Shown: in pieces, positions 49,520-59,016 of the stretch | How positions within the stretch are numbered: position 1 is the stretch's first letter | How the letters are laid out: each line of letters starts with the position of its first letter | Assembly (NCBI GenBank): GCA_043732185.1 | Contig: JAYTHY010000074.1 | Coordinates: 104,114 to 168,113 of the forward strand | Direction of reading: 5' to 3' | Source: Fibrobacteria bacterium | GTDB taxonomy: Bacteria > Fibrobacterota > Fibrobacteria > UBA11236 | Length of the DNA: 64,000 nt | Position numbers and translations under genes: made by a program | The notes under the pieces: model-generated | Database searches by the model: none | Seen by the model: only the letters and a program-made list of their open reading frames with translations | Told to the model about the DNA's origin: nothing

Positions 49520-49573
49520 CGACTGGCAGGACGTCGGTTATGGGTGTCCGTCCATGGCGCCATTGCCAAGGAC

Positions 49574-50788
49574 TTAAACTCGCGCTCTGGCGATTTCCGG
49601 GGATCCCCAAGTTGCACGCCAACGAAATTTAACCTTGAACAAAATTCCAAATGCGCATACGCCCAATAATGCGTACATGAGAAATCCAATGCGGTAATCC
49701 CCGCTCCATTGTTTTGAGAGGCCTAAGGAATAGGCCAAGTAAAATCCACCCACACCACCGGCCATGCCGACAAGTCCGGTCAAGGTTCCCATTTCACGTT
49801 GGAAGCGTTGAGGTAACAGCTGAAATACGGCGCCGTTGCCCATTCCCATGGACATCATGGCGACTATAAATAATGCCAGCGTGAGCGCCAGAGTGGTTGG
49901 AAACGCAGCGATCAAAAGCATGGATAAAACAACCATGATGTAAAACCATTGCAGAGCGCGAACACCACCAACTTTATCGGCAATATTTCCGCCAATGGGC
50001 CGGAACATGGAGCCGCAGAATACGCAGGCAGCGGTCAAGTAGCCGGCCGTCGCCGGAGTCAAACCGAATTGGCTGTTAAAGTAAATAACCAAGCTGGATG
50101 CCATTCCCACAAAGCCGCCGAATGTTACCATGTAAAAAAGCATAAACCACCACGCATCCTTCTCTTTAAGGACTTGGAAATATCTGGAAAGTTTTTGTGG
50201 AGGAGGCAAACCGGGAGCATCCTTAGCCATGATAGTGTAGAGAATCATGGTAAGCGAAAGAGGAATGAGTACTAAACCGAATACATTGCTCCAGCCAAAA
50301 TGAGTGGCCAGCAATGGTGCAAATAATGCTGAGAATACCGTTCCGGAATTGCCTGCTCCCGCTATCCCTAAGGCCAAACCCTGAGCTTCAGGCGGATACC
50401 AGCGCGATGCTAAAGGCAAGGCCACTGCAAACGAGGCGCCTGCAACACCCAAACACACGCCCAATAAATAAACTTGGTTCAGACTATGCACACCAAACAT
50501 CCAGGCGCAAAGTAAAGCCGAAAGCACCACTCCCTGGCCTATCAGGCCTGCCTTTTTTGCGCCCAAGGAATCCACCAAAATCCCCATAAACACACGCAGG
50601 ATGGCTCCGGAAAGCACCGGCACCGCCACCATCATTCCTTTTTGCGATGGAGTCAATCCAAGGTCTTTGGCAATGTGGACACCCAAGGGTCCAAGCAAAA
50701 CCCAAACCATAAAACTCATATCAAAATACAGAAAGGCGGCAAACAAGGTGGCGGGATTACCGGCTTTGGCAAAGTCTCTGAGTTTCAT
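49574..50788 (-). CDS. narK: NarK-family MFS nitrate/nitrite transporter
   Basis: TLFAAFLYFD.SFMVW, GASFAVALP.ASRWYP, G.A.GIAGAGN.G, TFGGF, GNGAVFQL.P.RF. Confidence 0.9.
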   Translation of the reverse strand: MKLRDFAKAGNPATLFAAFLYFDMSFMVWVLLGPLGVHIAKDLGLTPSQKGMMVAVPVLSGAILRVFMGILVDSLGAKKAGLIGQGVVLSALLCAWMFGVHSLNQVYLLGVCLGVAGASFAVALPLASRWYPPEAQGLALGIAGAGNSGTVFSALFAPLLATHFGWSNVFGLVLIPLSLTMILYTIMAKDAPGLPPPQKLSRYFQVLKEKDAWWFMLFYMVTFGGFVGMASSLVIYFNSQFGLTPATAGYLTAACVFCGSMFRPIGGNIADKVGGVRALQWFYIMVVLSMLLIAAFPTTLALTLALFIVAMMSMGMGNGAVFQLLPQRFQREMGTLTGLVGMAGGVGGFYLAYSLGLSKQWSGDYRIGFLMYALLGVCAFGILFKVKFRWRATWGSPEIARARV

Positions 50789-50815
50789 GGTACGTTCTCC
50801 TACTCACCGTTTCTA

Positions 50816-50831
50816 AGCAAACGCAATGCCA
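50816..50831 (-). promoter_or_regulatory. Sigma54 promoter of narK-nasS
   Basis: Minus strand TGGCAT-TGCGT-TTGCT, 27 nt upstream of narK ATG; AGGAG RBS follows. Confidence 0.8.
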
Positions 50832-51110
50832 TATTTGTTTGCTGCGAATCATGTATCATGCATGTTACTGTTATTTTTGTCCGCTTATTTAAAACAAAAG
50901 CGTTTGCCAATTTATTTGTACTTGCCAAGCCTAATTCAGTAAATCAATTAAACCTAAAGTCCGCAAAAGATGACCGAAATTGTAAGAACGGAATTGACAC
51001 AACCTGACCATTGGAAACATTGATTTTTATTTAACCGAGCGTTTTGAGGGCCAGCGTCCGCTTTCGCTTTGAATTTTCGGAAATGAACCCATTACCTTGA
51101 TTAAATATTT

Positions 51111-51126
51111 TGGTACGCCCTTTGCG
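51111..51126 (+). promoter_or_regulatory. Sigma54 promoter of the nirA operon
   Basis: TGGTAC-GCCCT-TTGCG. Confidence 0.75.
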
Positions 51127-51265
51127 TTATACAACTGGATTACCGCCAACCGTCTCCGGTCCGTCCGAACCTTTGGTCATCGCAATTCCTCTTTATCAAA
51201 GGAGGATGGGCCATGGCATTGGCTATGGAAATACCCGGCGATGGAGGCATGTCGGGAGATTTTTC

Positions 51266-53050
51266 GTGATACCTAAGGGAACACCTGGAGGGCCATTCTC
51301 CACAGAACAGAAGGAATACCTGGATGGGTTTTTCCGCGCCCAAAACCGGAAGATTGAAGTTGAGCCCTCGACTCCAGCATCCAATCAGGAAAACGTTCTT
51401 CATCTCGCCCTAGGCAAACGCGCCCAACAAGCATGGATAGCCGCAGGCAAGCGACTCTCCAAGGAAGAGAAAATAAAGTTTGATGCCAACCCTTTAGATG
51501 CATGGCCACGCATCGCCGAGCTTTCCGCTCAAAATGCCCTACCCGAGGGCGAAGATCTCTATCGCCTTAAAACCCACGGCCTTTGGAATGTGTCTCCGGC
51601 GCAAACCGCCATGATGTGTCGATTGAGAATTCCCGGTGGCGTCCTCAACGCTCATCAAGCGCAAGCTATCGCCAAAGCCGCAAGCGCCTACGGCGGAGGC
51701 TATGTGGATATTACCACGCGGGCAAATTTCCAGATTCGTGAGATCCCCGCCAAGCATATGCTCTCACTGCTCACCGACCTCCATGAATGCGGGATAACCC
51801 CACGCGGATCGGGTGCAGACAATATCCGCAATGTCACCGGTAACGCCACATGCGGCATCGACAAAAATGAATTCTACAATGTCCTGCCTCTCTGTCGGCA
51901 ATTGCATCACCTCATCCTCCATGACCGAGATCTTTTCGGGCTGCCACGCAAATTCAACGTCGCCTTTGACGGCGGCAACACCGTCTCCTCGCTCGAAGAC
52001 ACCAATGACATTGGTTTAAAAGCCGTCAAAATATTGGACAGACCAGGCCTGAAGTCTGGAATTTATTTCAGAGTTGCCCTCGGTGGCATCACCGGCCACG
52101 GAGATTTGGCCAGAGACACGGGCCTTCTGCTCAAGCCGGAAGAATGCCTGCCCGTCATCACGGCCATGATTAAAGTCTATATAGCCAGCGGTGACCGAGG
52201 CAATCGCAAACGCGCCCGGCTCAAGTACGTGCTTGATTCCTGGGGCTTCGAAAAATTCCTGAGCGAAACACAGAAGCTGCTCACTTTTGAATTGCGGCGC
52301 TTACCCGAATCCGATTGCTTGTCCGCGCCCCCCATAAATAAAGTCGCTCATTTAGGTATTCACCACCAGCGCCAAACTGGACTGAACTACATCGGCGTCG
52401 ATGTGCCGGTCGGGAGGCTCACAGTGCAACAATTGCGCGGATTGGCAAACCTCTCCAAACACTATGGGTCCGGAACGCTACGGCTTACCGTATGGCAAAA
52501 CCTGATCCTATCCGATATTCCCGACGCTGACCTAAGCCATGCCATCCAGGACCTGCATGCCCTAGGACTCAATCACGAGGCCAATCCCATCAGCGCTGGC
52601 ATTGTCGCCTGCACGGGCGCCGAAGGATGCAAATTCGGGATGGCGCCCACAAAATCTACGGCGTTAGCCATAACCGATTGGCTTAAGGACAGAATAACTT
52701 TGGAACACCCCGTCAATATTCATTTGACCGGTTGCACCCATTCCTGCGCGCAGCATTTTATCGGTGACATTGGACTATTAGCCACTGGCGTAGACACGGA
52801 AAACTATAAAGGCCCGGGCTTCCATTTCTTTGTGGGAGGTGGCTATGGCCGCACCGGCCGCATGGCAGTAGCCGCAGTGCGTTTTGTCCCCGTCCCCCAA
52901 GTCCCGATGGAAATCGAACGCATTCTGAATATCTACCTCGAACTGCGCATGCCGCAAGAAAGCTTTTCGGATTTCACCGGAAGACAGGACAGCCAAGCCT
53001 TGCAGGCGTTATTCCTGGATGCGGCCTTAACTACCAAGGAACAATTATGA
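51266..53050 (+). CDS. nirA: NirA-family siroheme nitrite reductase
   Basis: RLRIPGG, ITTRANFQ, GADNIRN, LPRKFN, ACTGAEGC and TGCTHSC Fe-S/siroheme ligands; start reassigned to GTG 51266 (GGGAG upstream) because the ORF-track start lies in the promoter. Confidence 0.88.
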   Translation: MIPKGTPGGPFSTEQKEYLDGFFRAQNRKIEVEPSTPASNQENVLHLALGKRAQQAWIAAGKRLSKEEKIKFDANPLDAWPRIAELSAQNALPEGEDLYRLKTHGLWNVSPAQTAMMCRLRIPGGVLNAHQAQAIAKAASAYGGGYVDITTRANFQIREIPAKHMLSLLTDLHECGITPRGSGADNIRNVTGNATCGIDKNEFYNVLPLCRQLHHLILHDRDLFGLPRKFNVAFDGGNTVSSLEDTNDIGLKAVKILDRPGLKSGIYFRVALGGITGHGDLARDTGLLLKPEECLPVITAMIKVYIASGDRGNRKRARLKYVLDSWGFEKFLSETQKLLTFELRRLPESDCLSAPPINKVAHLGIHHQRQTGLNYIGVDVPVGRLTVQQLRGLANLSKHYGSGTLRLTVWQNLILSDIPDADLSHAIQDLHALGLNHEANPISAGIVACTGAEGCKFGMAPTKSTALAITDWLKDRITLEHPVNIHLTGCTHSCAQHFIGDIGLLATGVDTENYKGPGFHFFVGGGYGRTGRMAVAAVRFVPVPQVPMEIERILNIYLELRMPQESFSDFTGRQDSQALQALFLDAALTTKEQL

Positions 53051-54954
53051 GCCCTCCCGTCCTTCCCGATTCCTCTCCCTTCTCCTCCGAACAACGGAAT
53101 TGGCTGAACGGATATTTTGCAGGTTTGAGCAATGCCGACATCAATGGAAATACAATAGCTGCATCCAATGACAACACGACTGTTGCATCAAATGGCAGCG
53201 CAACTATACAATCGCTTTCCGCAGCTACATTGCCTGTCCTGGTTTTGTTTGGATCGCAGTCGGGAACGACGGAAGGATTGGCGCAAACATTAACAGAAAA
53301 GTTGGCTGCCACAAAGGCCCCGGACGGCACCGGCCCTCGGTACACTCCACGCCTGATGGGAATGGATCAGTATCGCGATTTCGACTGGACTCAGGAAACC
53401 ACCATCCTCCTCTTGACCAGCACATGGGGGGATGGAGACATGCCCGATAATGCGGTAGCCTTTTGGGAATGGCTTAAATCTCCGGAAGCGCCGACCCTGT
53501 CCAAACTCCAATTTTCCGTGCTGGGGTTGGGGGATCGCAACTATTCGCATTTTTGCCAAGCAGGAAAAAACTTGGACGCGCGCCTGTTCGAGTTGGGAGC
53601 GAAAAGAATCATACCGTTGGTTGAATGCGACACGGACTATGAATCCACCTCCGAAAAATGGATGACGGATGTCCTGGAATCATTGGCCCACTCTCATGAC
53701 AAAGCTGTTTCTGAGAGTCAACCTGTTTCCGAAAATATTTCGACTCAACCAATCCCATCCCAGCACAATCTGGTCCAAGGTAGCCGGGACCAACATGAGA
53801 CAATAGCGCCGACGCCTCCAAAATATTCCCGGAAAAACCCGTTCTTTGCACCTCTGCTAGAAAACCATCCACTCAATGCCAAAGGATCCTCCAAGGACAC
53901 CCGCCACCTGGCCTTCTCCCTACTGGGTAGCAGCCTTGAATACAAAGTAGGCGATGCACTCGGTATCTATCCCCGCAACTGCTATGAACTGGTGGATAGA
54001 ATTATCCTGTCTCTCAACTGTCTCGGTAACGAGAAGGTTACCCTAGATGGCGGAGAAGAAATAACCTTGCGGTCAGGCCTGATCTCCAGAATTGATCTCC
54101 GCCGCGGTACAGAGCGGCTGCTATTCAACCTGCGTCAGGCCTGCTTTAATTTGGGCGAAAAACGTCGACTGGATGAACTCATCGGCGAGGATGGCGCCAA
54201 GGCTCGACCTTATTTAGCAGAACGAGATGTGCTCGACGTTTTGATGGACTTCCCGCATACCCGCCTCGATGCCCAGCATTTGACGGCGTCTCTGAATAAG
54301 ATTGCTCCCAGATTGTATTCCATTTCCAGCTCCCCGGATGAAAATCCCGGCGAAGTGCATTTGACGGTGGCGGTGGTTCGTTACGCTGCCGCCGGCCGTC
54401 GACGCCTTGGCGTAGCCTCCTCGTTTCTGGCAGAGAGAATTCCCCTGGGCATGACCGCGCCCGTCTTCATTCAGCCCACGGCGCATTTCACCTTGCCAGC
54501 TAAACCCGGCTGCCCAATCATCATGGTGGGTCCAGGCACCGGAATCGCGCCCTTTCGCGCCTTTTTGCAACAACGCCGTTACCTGGGTGATACGGGTAAA
54601 AATTGGCTTTTCTTCGGAGATCAGCACCGGCAATACGACTTTCTATACAGCGATGAATTTGTAGCCATGGCCGCCTCCGGATTTTTAACCAGGATGGACC
54701 TGGCTTTCTCAAGGGATCAAGAAGAAAAGGTTTACGTGCAAACGCGCATGCTAGAACAGTCCCGAGAACTATTTGCCTGGCTTGAGGCGGGTGCGCACTT
54801 TTATGTTTGCGGGGATGCCAAGCGTATGGCCAAGGATGTGGAAGAGGCCTTGCTGCAAGTCATAACCAAAGAAAGTGGTCAGAGTCCGGAATCGGCCCGA
54901 GTTTATCTGGACACCATGAAAACCGGGAAGCGGTATCAGCGAGACGTGTACTGA
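53047..54954 (+). CDS. CysJ-like diflavin (FMN/FAD/NADPH) reductase
   Basis: Flavodoxin GSQSGTTE, STWGDGD, LGLGD; RLYSISS, GVASSFL, GPGTGIAPFR, AFSRDQ, YVCGDA, RYQRDVY. Confidence 0.92.
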   Translation: MSPPVLPDSSPFSSEQRNWLNGYFAGLSNADINGNTIAASNDNTTVASNGSATIQSLSAATLPVLVLFGSQSGTTEGLAQTLTEKLAATKAPDGTGPRYTPRLMGMDQYRDFDWTQETTILLLTSTWGDGDMPDNAVAFWEWLKSPEAPTLSKLQFSVLGLGDRNYSHFCQAGKNLDARLFELGAKRIIPLVECDTDYESTSEKWMTDVLESLAHSHDKAVSESQPVSENISTQPIPSQHNLVQGSRDQHETIAPTPPKYSRKNPFFAPLLENHPLNAKGSSKDTRHLAFSLLGSSLEYKVGDALGIYPRNCYELVDRIILSLNCLGNEKVTLDGGEEITLRSGLISRIDLRRGTERLLFNLRQACFNLGEKRRLDELIGEDGAKARPYLAERDVLDVLMDFPHTRLDAQHLTASLNKIAPRLYSISSSPDENPGEVHLTVAVVRYAAAGRRRLGVASSFLAERIPLGMTAPVFIQPTAHFTLPAKPGCPIIMVGPGTGIAPFRAFLQQRRYLGDTGKNWLFFGDQHRQYDFLYSDEFVAMAASGFLTRMDLAFSRDQEEKVYVQTRMLEQSRELFAWLEAGAHFYVCGDAKRMAKDVEEALLQVITKESGQSPESARVYLDTMKTGKRYQRDVY

Positions 54955-54955
54955 A

Positions 54956-56668
54956 ATGACAAAACCCTCCCTGAACAATTTCCTAGGAGAAGGGCAGGCG
55001 CTGATTGGCGCATACCTGGAGGAACAGCAAAACCTGACGGCGGTAGATCGTTTTTCCACCGAGCACGATCGCATAAATGGATTGAAGGGGAGCCAGCCGC
55101 GTTTAGAAAGCCATTACCGTGATTTACTGCCTTTTGAATCGCCCAAACCCGGCCAGCAATACGCTTTTGAAGTGGACCTCGATCGCTGTACGGGCTGCAA
55201 AGCTTGTGTCACCGCCTGCCATAGTTTAAATGGTTTGGACGAGGAGGAGACTTGGCGCTCGGTCGGTCTCATCCACAATGTCATGGGTAAGCCCCTGCAG
55301 CAAACTGTAACCACTGCATGCCAACACTGCCTGGATCCCGCATGTGCAAATGGTTGCCCCGTCAAAGCCTTTGAAAAAGATCCGATTACCGGCATCGTAA
55401 AACATTTGGATGATCAATGCATTGGATGCGAATACTGCATTTTGAAATGCCCGTACGATGTCCCCCAATACCACCATGGAAAAGGCATCGTCCGGAAATG
55501 TGATATGTGCACCAGCCGACTCGAAGTGGGTGAAGCGCCCGCCTGTGTGCAGGCCTGCCCTACCAAAGCGATCCGCATCACCGTGGTCTCCAATGCGGAC
55601 GTACTAAAAAATCCCACCGATTACACCGCATTACCTGGTGCACCGGACCCAACATACACCTATCCTACGACGCGTTATAAAACCACGCGCAAATTTCCGG
55701 CAGGCATGGAAGCCGCTGACGCATATAAATTTCGCAAGGAAAAAGCACACATACCCCTGGTGCTCATGCTGACACTTTCACAAATGGCCGCAGGATTCTT
55801 TTTCTTCCTGGAGATAGGAACTTGGACCGGATGGGTGCCGAGCCATACCGATTTTCAAGCATGGACCCATAGCATCGGTGCTGGCCTCATGAATCTAGCC
55901 ATCTTAGTCAGCATTTTTCACCTGGGTCGCCCTCAGTTTGCCTTCCGCGCCGTGCTCGGTTTCCGCAAGTCGTGGCTGAGCCGAGAAATTGTCATTTTCG
56001 GTCTCTTTGGTTGCGCGAGCCTGGCCGCGGCCCTGGGCGCTGTGCTGGCTCACCACGCACAGTCTCATGGACAAAACCCAGGCGTCCTAGTGGCTGCAAC
56101 TACTGGAATGGCGATGCGGTTGATATTGATTCTTTTCAGCTTGCTAGCCGTGTACAGCTCAGCCATGGTGTACCGGGATACTCCGCGCCTCTACTGGGCA
56201 ACGCGGTTGACTTCAGCCAAATTTTTTCTTTCCGGGACGATCACGGGTGTGGCCGGTTTGTTCGCTTTGGTGGCTTGGTTCGACAGCTTCGGCGCAGAAC
56301 CATTCGCCGAATCTCAATCGCATTTAGCCGTGCCAATCTGCATGTTGATGGGCCTGGCCCTCATCGCAAAGCTTATTTGTGAAGCCCGTGTGCAAAGGCA
56401 CGTGGACGATCAAGACGCCAACCCACTCAAGAAAACAGCCCTCCTGCTGCGCGGTGAACTTCGATTTGTCCACGGCTGGCGCTTCAACCTAGGCATCCTC
56501 GGCGGCCTTGTGCTGCCAATGTTTTGGCTGTATCGCGGCTACACCGGCACAGGCTCATTTGACCCAGTAATTTCCCTATGCATACTATGCGCGCTACTGG
56601 CTGGAGAAGGTTTGGAACGCTATTTGTTTTTTACGGCATGTGTGCCACCCAGAATGCCGGGAGCATAG
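54956..56668 (+). CDS. 4Fe-4S polyferredoxin fused to DmsC/NrfD-like membrane anchor
   Basis: CTGCKACVTAC, CQHCLDPAC...CP, CIGCEYCILKCP, KCDMC...PAC..ACP; then multiple TM helices with HLGRP...SWLSRE and ERYLFF. Confidence 0.88.
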   Translation: MTKPSLNNFLGEGQALIGAYLEEQQNLTAVDRFSTEHDRINGLKGSQPRLESHYRDLLPFESPKPGQQYAFEVDLDRCTGCKACVTACHSLNGLDEEETWRSVGLIHNVMGKPLQQTVTTACQHCLDPACANGCPVKAFEKDPITGIVKHLDDQCIGCEYCILKCPYDVPQYHHGKGIVRKCDMCTSRLEVGEAPACVQACPTKAIRITVVSNADVLKNPTDYTALPGAPDPTYTYPTTRYKTTRKFPAGMEAADAYKFRKEKAHIPLVLMLTLSQMAAGFFFFLEIGTWTGWVPSHTDFQAWTHSIGAGLMNLAILVSIFHLGRPQFAFRAVLGFRKSWLSREIVIFGLFGCASLAAALGAVLAHHAQSHGQNPGVLVAATTGMAMRLILILFSLLAVYSSAMVYRDTPRLYWATRLTSAKFFLSGTITGVAGLFALVAWFDSFGAEPFAESQSHLAVPICMLMGLALIAKLICEARVQRHVDDQDANPLKKTALLLRGELRFVHGWRFNLGILGGLVLPMFWLYRGYTGTGSFDPVISLCILCALLAGEGLERYLFFTACVPPRMPGA

Positions 56669-56729
56669 CTTCGTGATTTTGCCATTGGTTACAGATAAAT
56701 CTGAACGGTTTTTTGGGTGAATCAATTTC

Positions 56730-58952
56730 ATGACATTCACTGAAAAAATTTCCAGCCTCCTCCGCAAACGCGAAGGTAAGCTCACGCATGAAATGGTGCT
56801 TTCACCTGGGCGCTTTGGCCTTGGCAAAACACCCGATCGGTTACAGCCCGATGCCACCACCTCCATGGTCTGCGGCTATTGCTCCACAGGCTGCAGCCTC
56901 AAAATTCATTTGAAGGATGGCAAGGCCATCAACTTAACTCCGGACCCGGAATATCCCGTCAATCTCGGCATGGCCTGCCCTAAAGGCTGGGAAGCGCTCA
57001 CACCGCTTAAATCCAAAGACCGCGCGACGACCCCATTACTGCGCGACAAACAGGGCCGCATGCATCCCATCGACTGGGATAAAGGCCTCACGGTTTTCAC
57101 GGAAAAATTCAGAGAAATTATTGCCAAGCATGGACCCGAATCCGTTGCCTTTTTAAGCACCGGACAAATTCCCACTGAAGAAATGTTCGTCCTGGGAATT
57201 TTGGCCAAGTTTGGAATGTGTATGATACACGGGGATGCCAACACCCGGCAATGCATGGCCACTTCACATGTAGCCTACAAACAAAGTTTCGGTTTCGATG
57301 CACCGCCCTTTACCTATCAGGATTTTGAAGAATCGGACGTTCTGGTTTTTCTCGGCGCCAACCCCTGCATAGCCCATCCCATCATGTGGGAACGCGTGAT
57401 GAAAAATCAGCGCAACCCTGAAATCCTCGTCGTCGATCCACGCCAAACAGAAACCGCACTTGCTGCGACCCGACATTATGCCATCCAACCCAAATCCGAT
57501 TTGCCCTTGCTGTACGGATTGGCACATATTCTCATTCGCGAAAACTGGATCGACCCGGAATATATAGCAGCCCATACCACTGAATTCGCAGCCTTCCGAG
57601 AACATATTCAGGCCTTTGACCCTGTCACCGTAGGTAAAGAAACCGGCCTAGGTGAAAAACGGTTGCTGGAATTCGCCGAACTGCTTCGACCTGGCAAACG
57701 GGTTTCCTTTTGGTGGACGATGGGCGTCAATCAAAGTCACGAAGGCGTCCGCACCGCTCAAGCAGTCATCAACCTGGCACTCATGACCGGAAACATCGGC
57801 AAGCCGGGCACTGGTGCAAATTCTATTACGGGCCAAGTCAACGCCATGGGCTCCCGTCTATTCAGCAATACCACAGGCCTTCCCGGAGGCCGTAACTTCC
57901 AAGATCCCCTTCACCGCCAAGAAGTGGCCGATATACTCCAAATCCATCCCGATACCATTCAAAAAGTTCCAGGGTTGGCCTATGACCAAATCATCTCAGG
58001 AATTCACGATGGAATAATAAAAGGGCTCTGGGTGATTGCCACCAACCCAGCCCACTCCTGGATCAATCAGTCCGATTTCAAATTAGCGGCCGGCAAACTG
58101 GATTTTTTGGTTGTCCAGGATATGTATCCGGATACAGATACAGCCAAGCATGCGCATCTTGTCTTGCCTTCCGCAGGATGGGGAGAAAAAGAAGGCGTCG
58201 TCATCAACTCGGAACGCCGATTGGGTTTATTCAAAAAAGTATCACCGGCTCCCGGGCAAGCCCTGGCGGACTTTTACATCTTCAAGCTTATCGCCAAATA
58301 CTGGGGTTGTGAATCCCTCTTCAAGGATATGGAAACACCGGAAAAAGCCTTTCAAGTCATGCGTTCCCTATCCGAAAATCGCCCCTGCGACTTTACAGGC
58401 ATAACCGATTATAAAATGATCGACGAATTAGGCGGTATACAATGGCCTTTTCCGAAAACCAGGATAGATGGTTCAGTAACACCACAAGTAGAACGCAGGC
58501 TTTTTGAAAATGGCCGATTCTTCCATCCCGATGGCAAAGCAAAATTTATTTTCAGCCCACCGCAGCCAGTGCAAGAGCCCACTTCCAGCGAATTCCCGTA
58601 TATACTAATGACTGGAAGAGGGTCCTCGGCCCAGTGGCACACCAATACCCGCACTGGTAAATCCGCTGTATTACGAAAACTGCATCCCAAAGATTCCATG
58701 GTCGAAATAAATCCCGATGACGCACGTCGTCTCAATATTTCCGCCGGCGAATGGGTACTCGTCCAATCTCGTCGAGGGCAGGCACGCGCTCGAGCAGCCG
58801 TAGCTTCAACGGTACGGCCCGGTCAGCTGTTTATGCCCATGCACGATATGGAAGTCAATCGCTTGACCTACCCGGCATTCGATCCTCATTCCCGGCAACC
58901 TTCCTACAAGCACTGCGCCGTTCGCGTAGTAAGAGAAGTGCCTGGAGGTTAG
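56730..58952 (+). CDS. nasA: Assimilatory nitrate reductase catalytic subunit (Mo-bisMGD)
   Basis: CGYCSTGC...C Fe-S motif, [30 protein letters not shown]...NSERR, TGR...QWHT.TRT; no Tat signal. Confidence 0.88.
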   Translation: MTFTEKISSLLRKREGKLTHEMVLSPGRFGLGKTPDRLQPDATTSMVCGYCSTGCSLKIHLKDGKAINLTPDPEYPVNLGMACPKGWEALTPLKSKDRATTPLLRDKQGRMHPIDWDKGLTVFTEKFREIIAKHGPESVAFLSTGQIPTEEMFVLGILAKFGMCMIHGDANTRQCMATSHVAYKQSFGFDAPPFTYQDFEESDVLVFLGANPCIAHPIMWERVMKNQRNPEILVVDPRQTETALAATRHYAIQPKSDLPLLYGLAHILIRENWIDPEYIAAHTTEFAAFREHIQAFDPVTVGKETGLGEKRLLEFAELLRPGKRVSFWWTMGVNQSHEGVRTAQAVINLALMTGNIGKPGTGANSITGQVNAMGSRLFSNTTGLPGGRNFQDPLHRQEVADILQIHPDTIQKVPGLAYDQIISGIHDGIIKGLWVIATNPAHSWINQSDFKLAAGKLDFLVVQDMYPDTDTAKHAHLVLPSAGWGEKEGVVINSERRLGLFKKVSPAPGQALADFYIFKLIAKYWGCESLFKDMETPEKAFQVMRSLSENRPCDFTGITDYKMIDELGGIQWPFPKTRIDGSVTPQVERRLFENGRFFHPDGKAKFIFSPPQPVQEPTSSEFPYILMTGRGSSAQWHTNTRTGKSAVLRKLHPKDSMVEINPDDARRLNISAGEWVLVQSRRGQARARAAVASTVRPGQLFMPMHDMEVNRLTYPAFDPHSRQPSYKHCAVRVVREVPGG

Positions 58953-59016
58953 TTACTTCTAGCTAGTCACTGGAAGCGAGTCCTGGGAAGCCAGTCGTGT
59001 GAAGCTTGTCGTGGAT

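Noticed and set aside
51110..51265. 52-aa N-terminal extension of NirA in the ORF track
   Set aside because: Overlaps the sigma54 promoter and structured leader; GTG 51266 with an RBS is more plausible.
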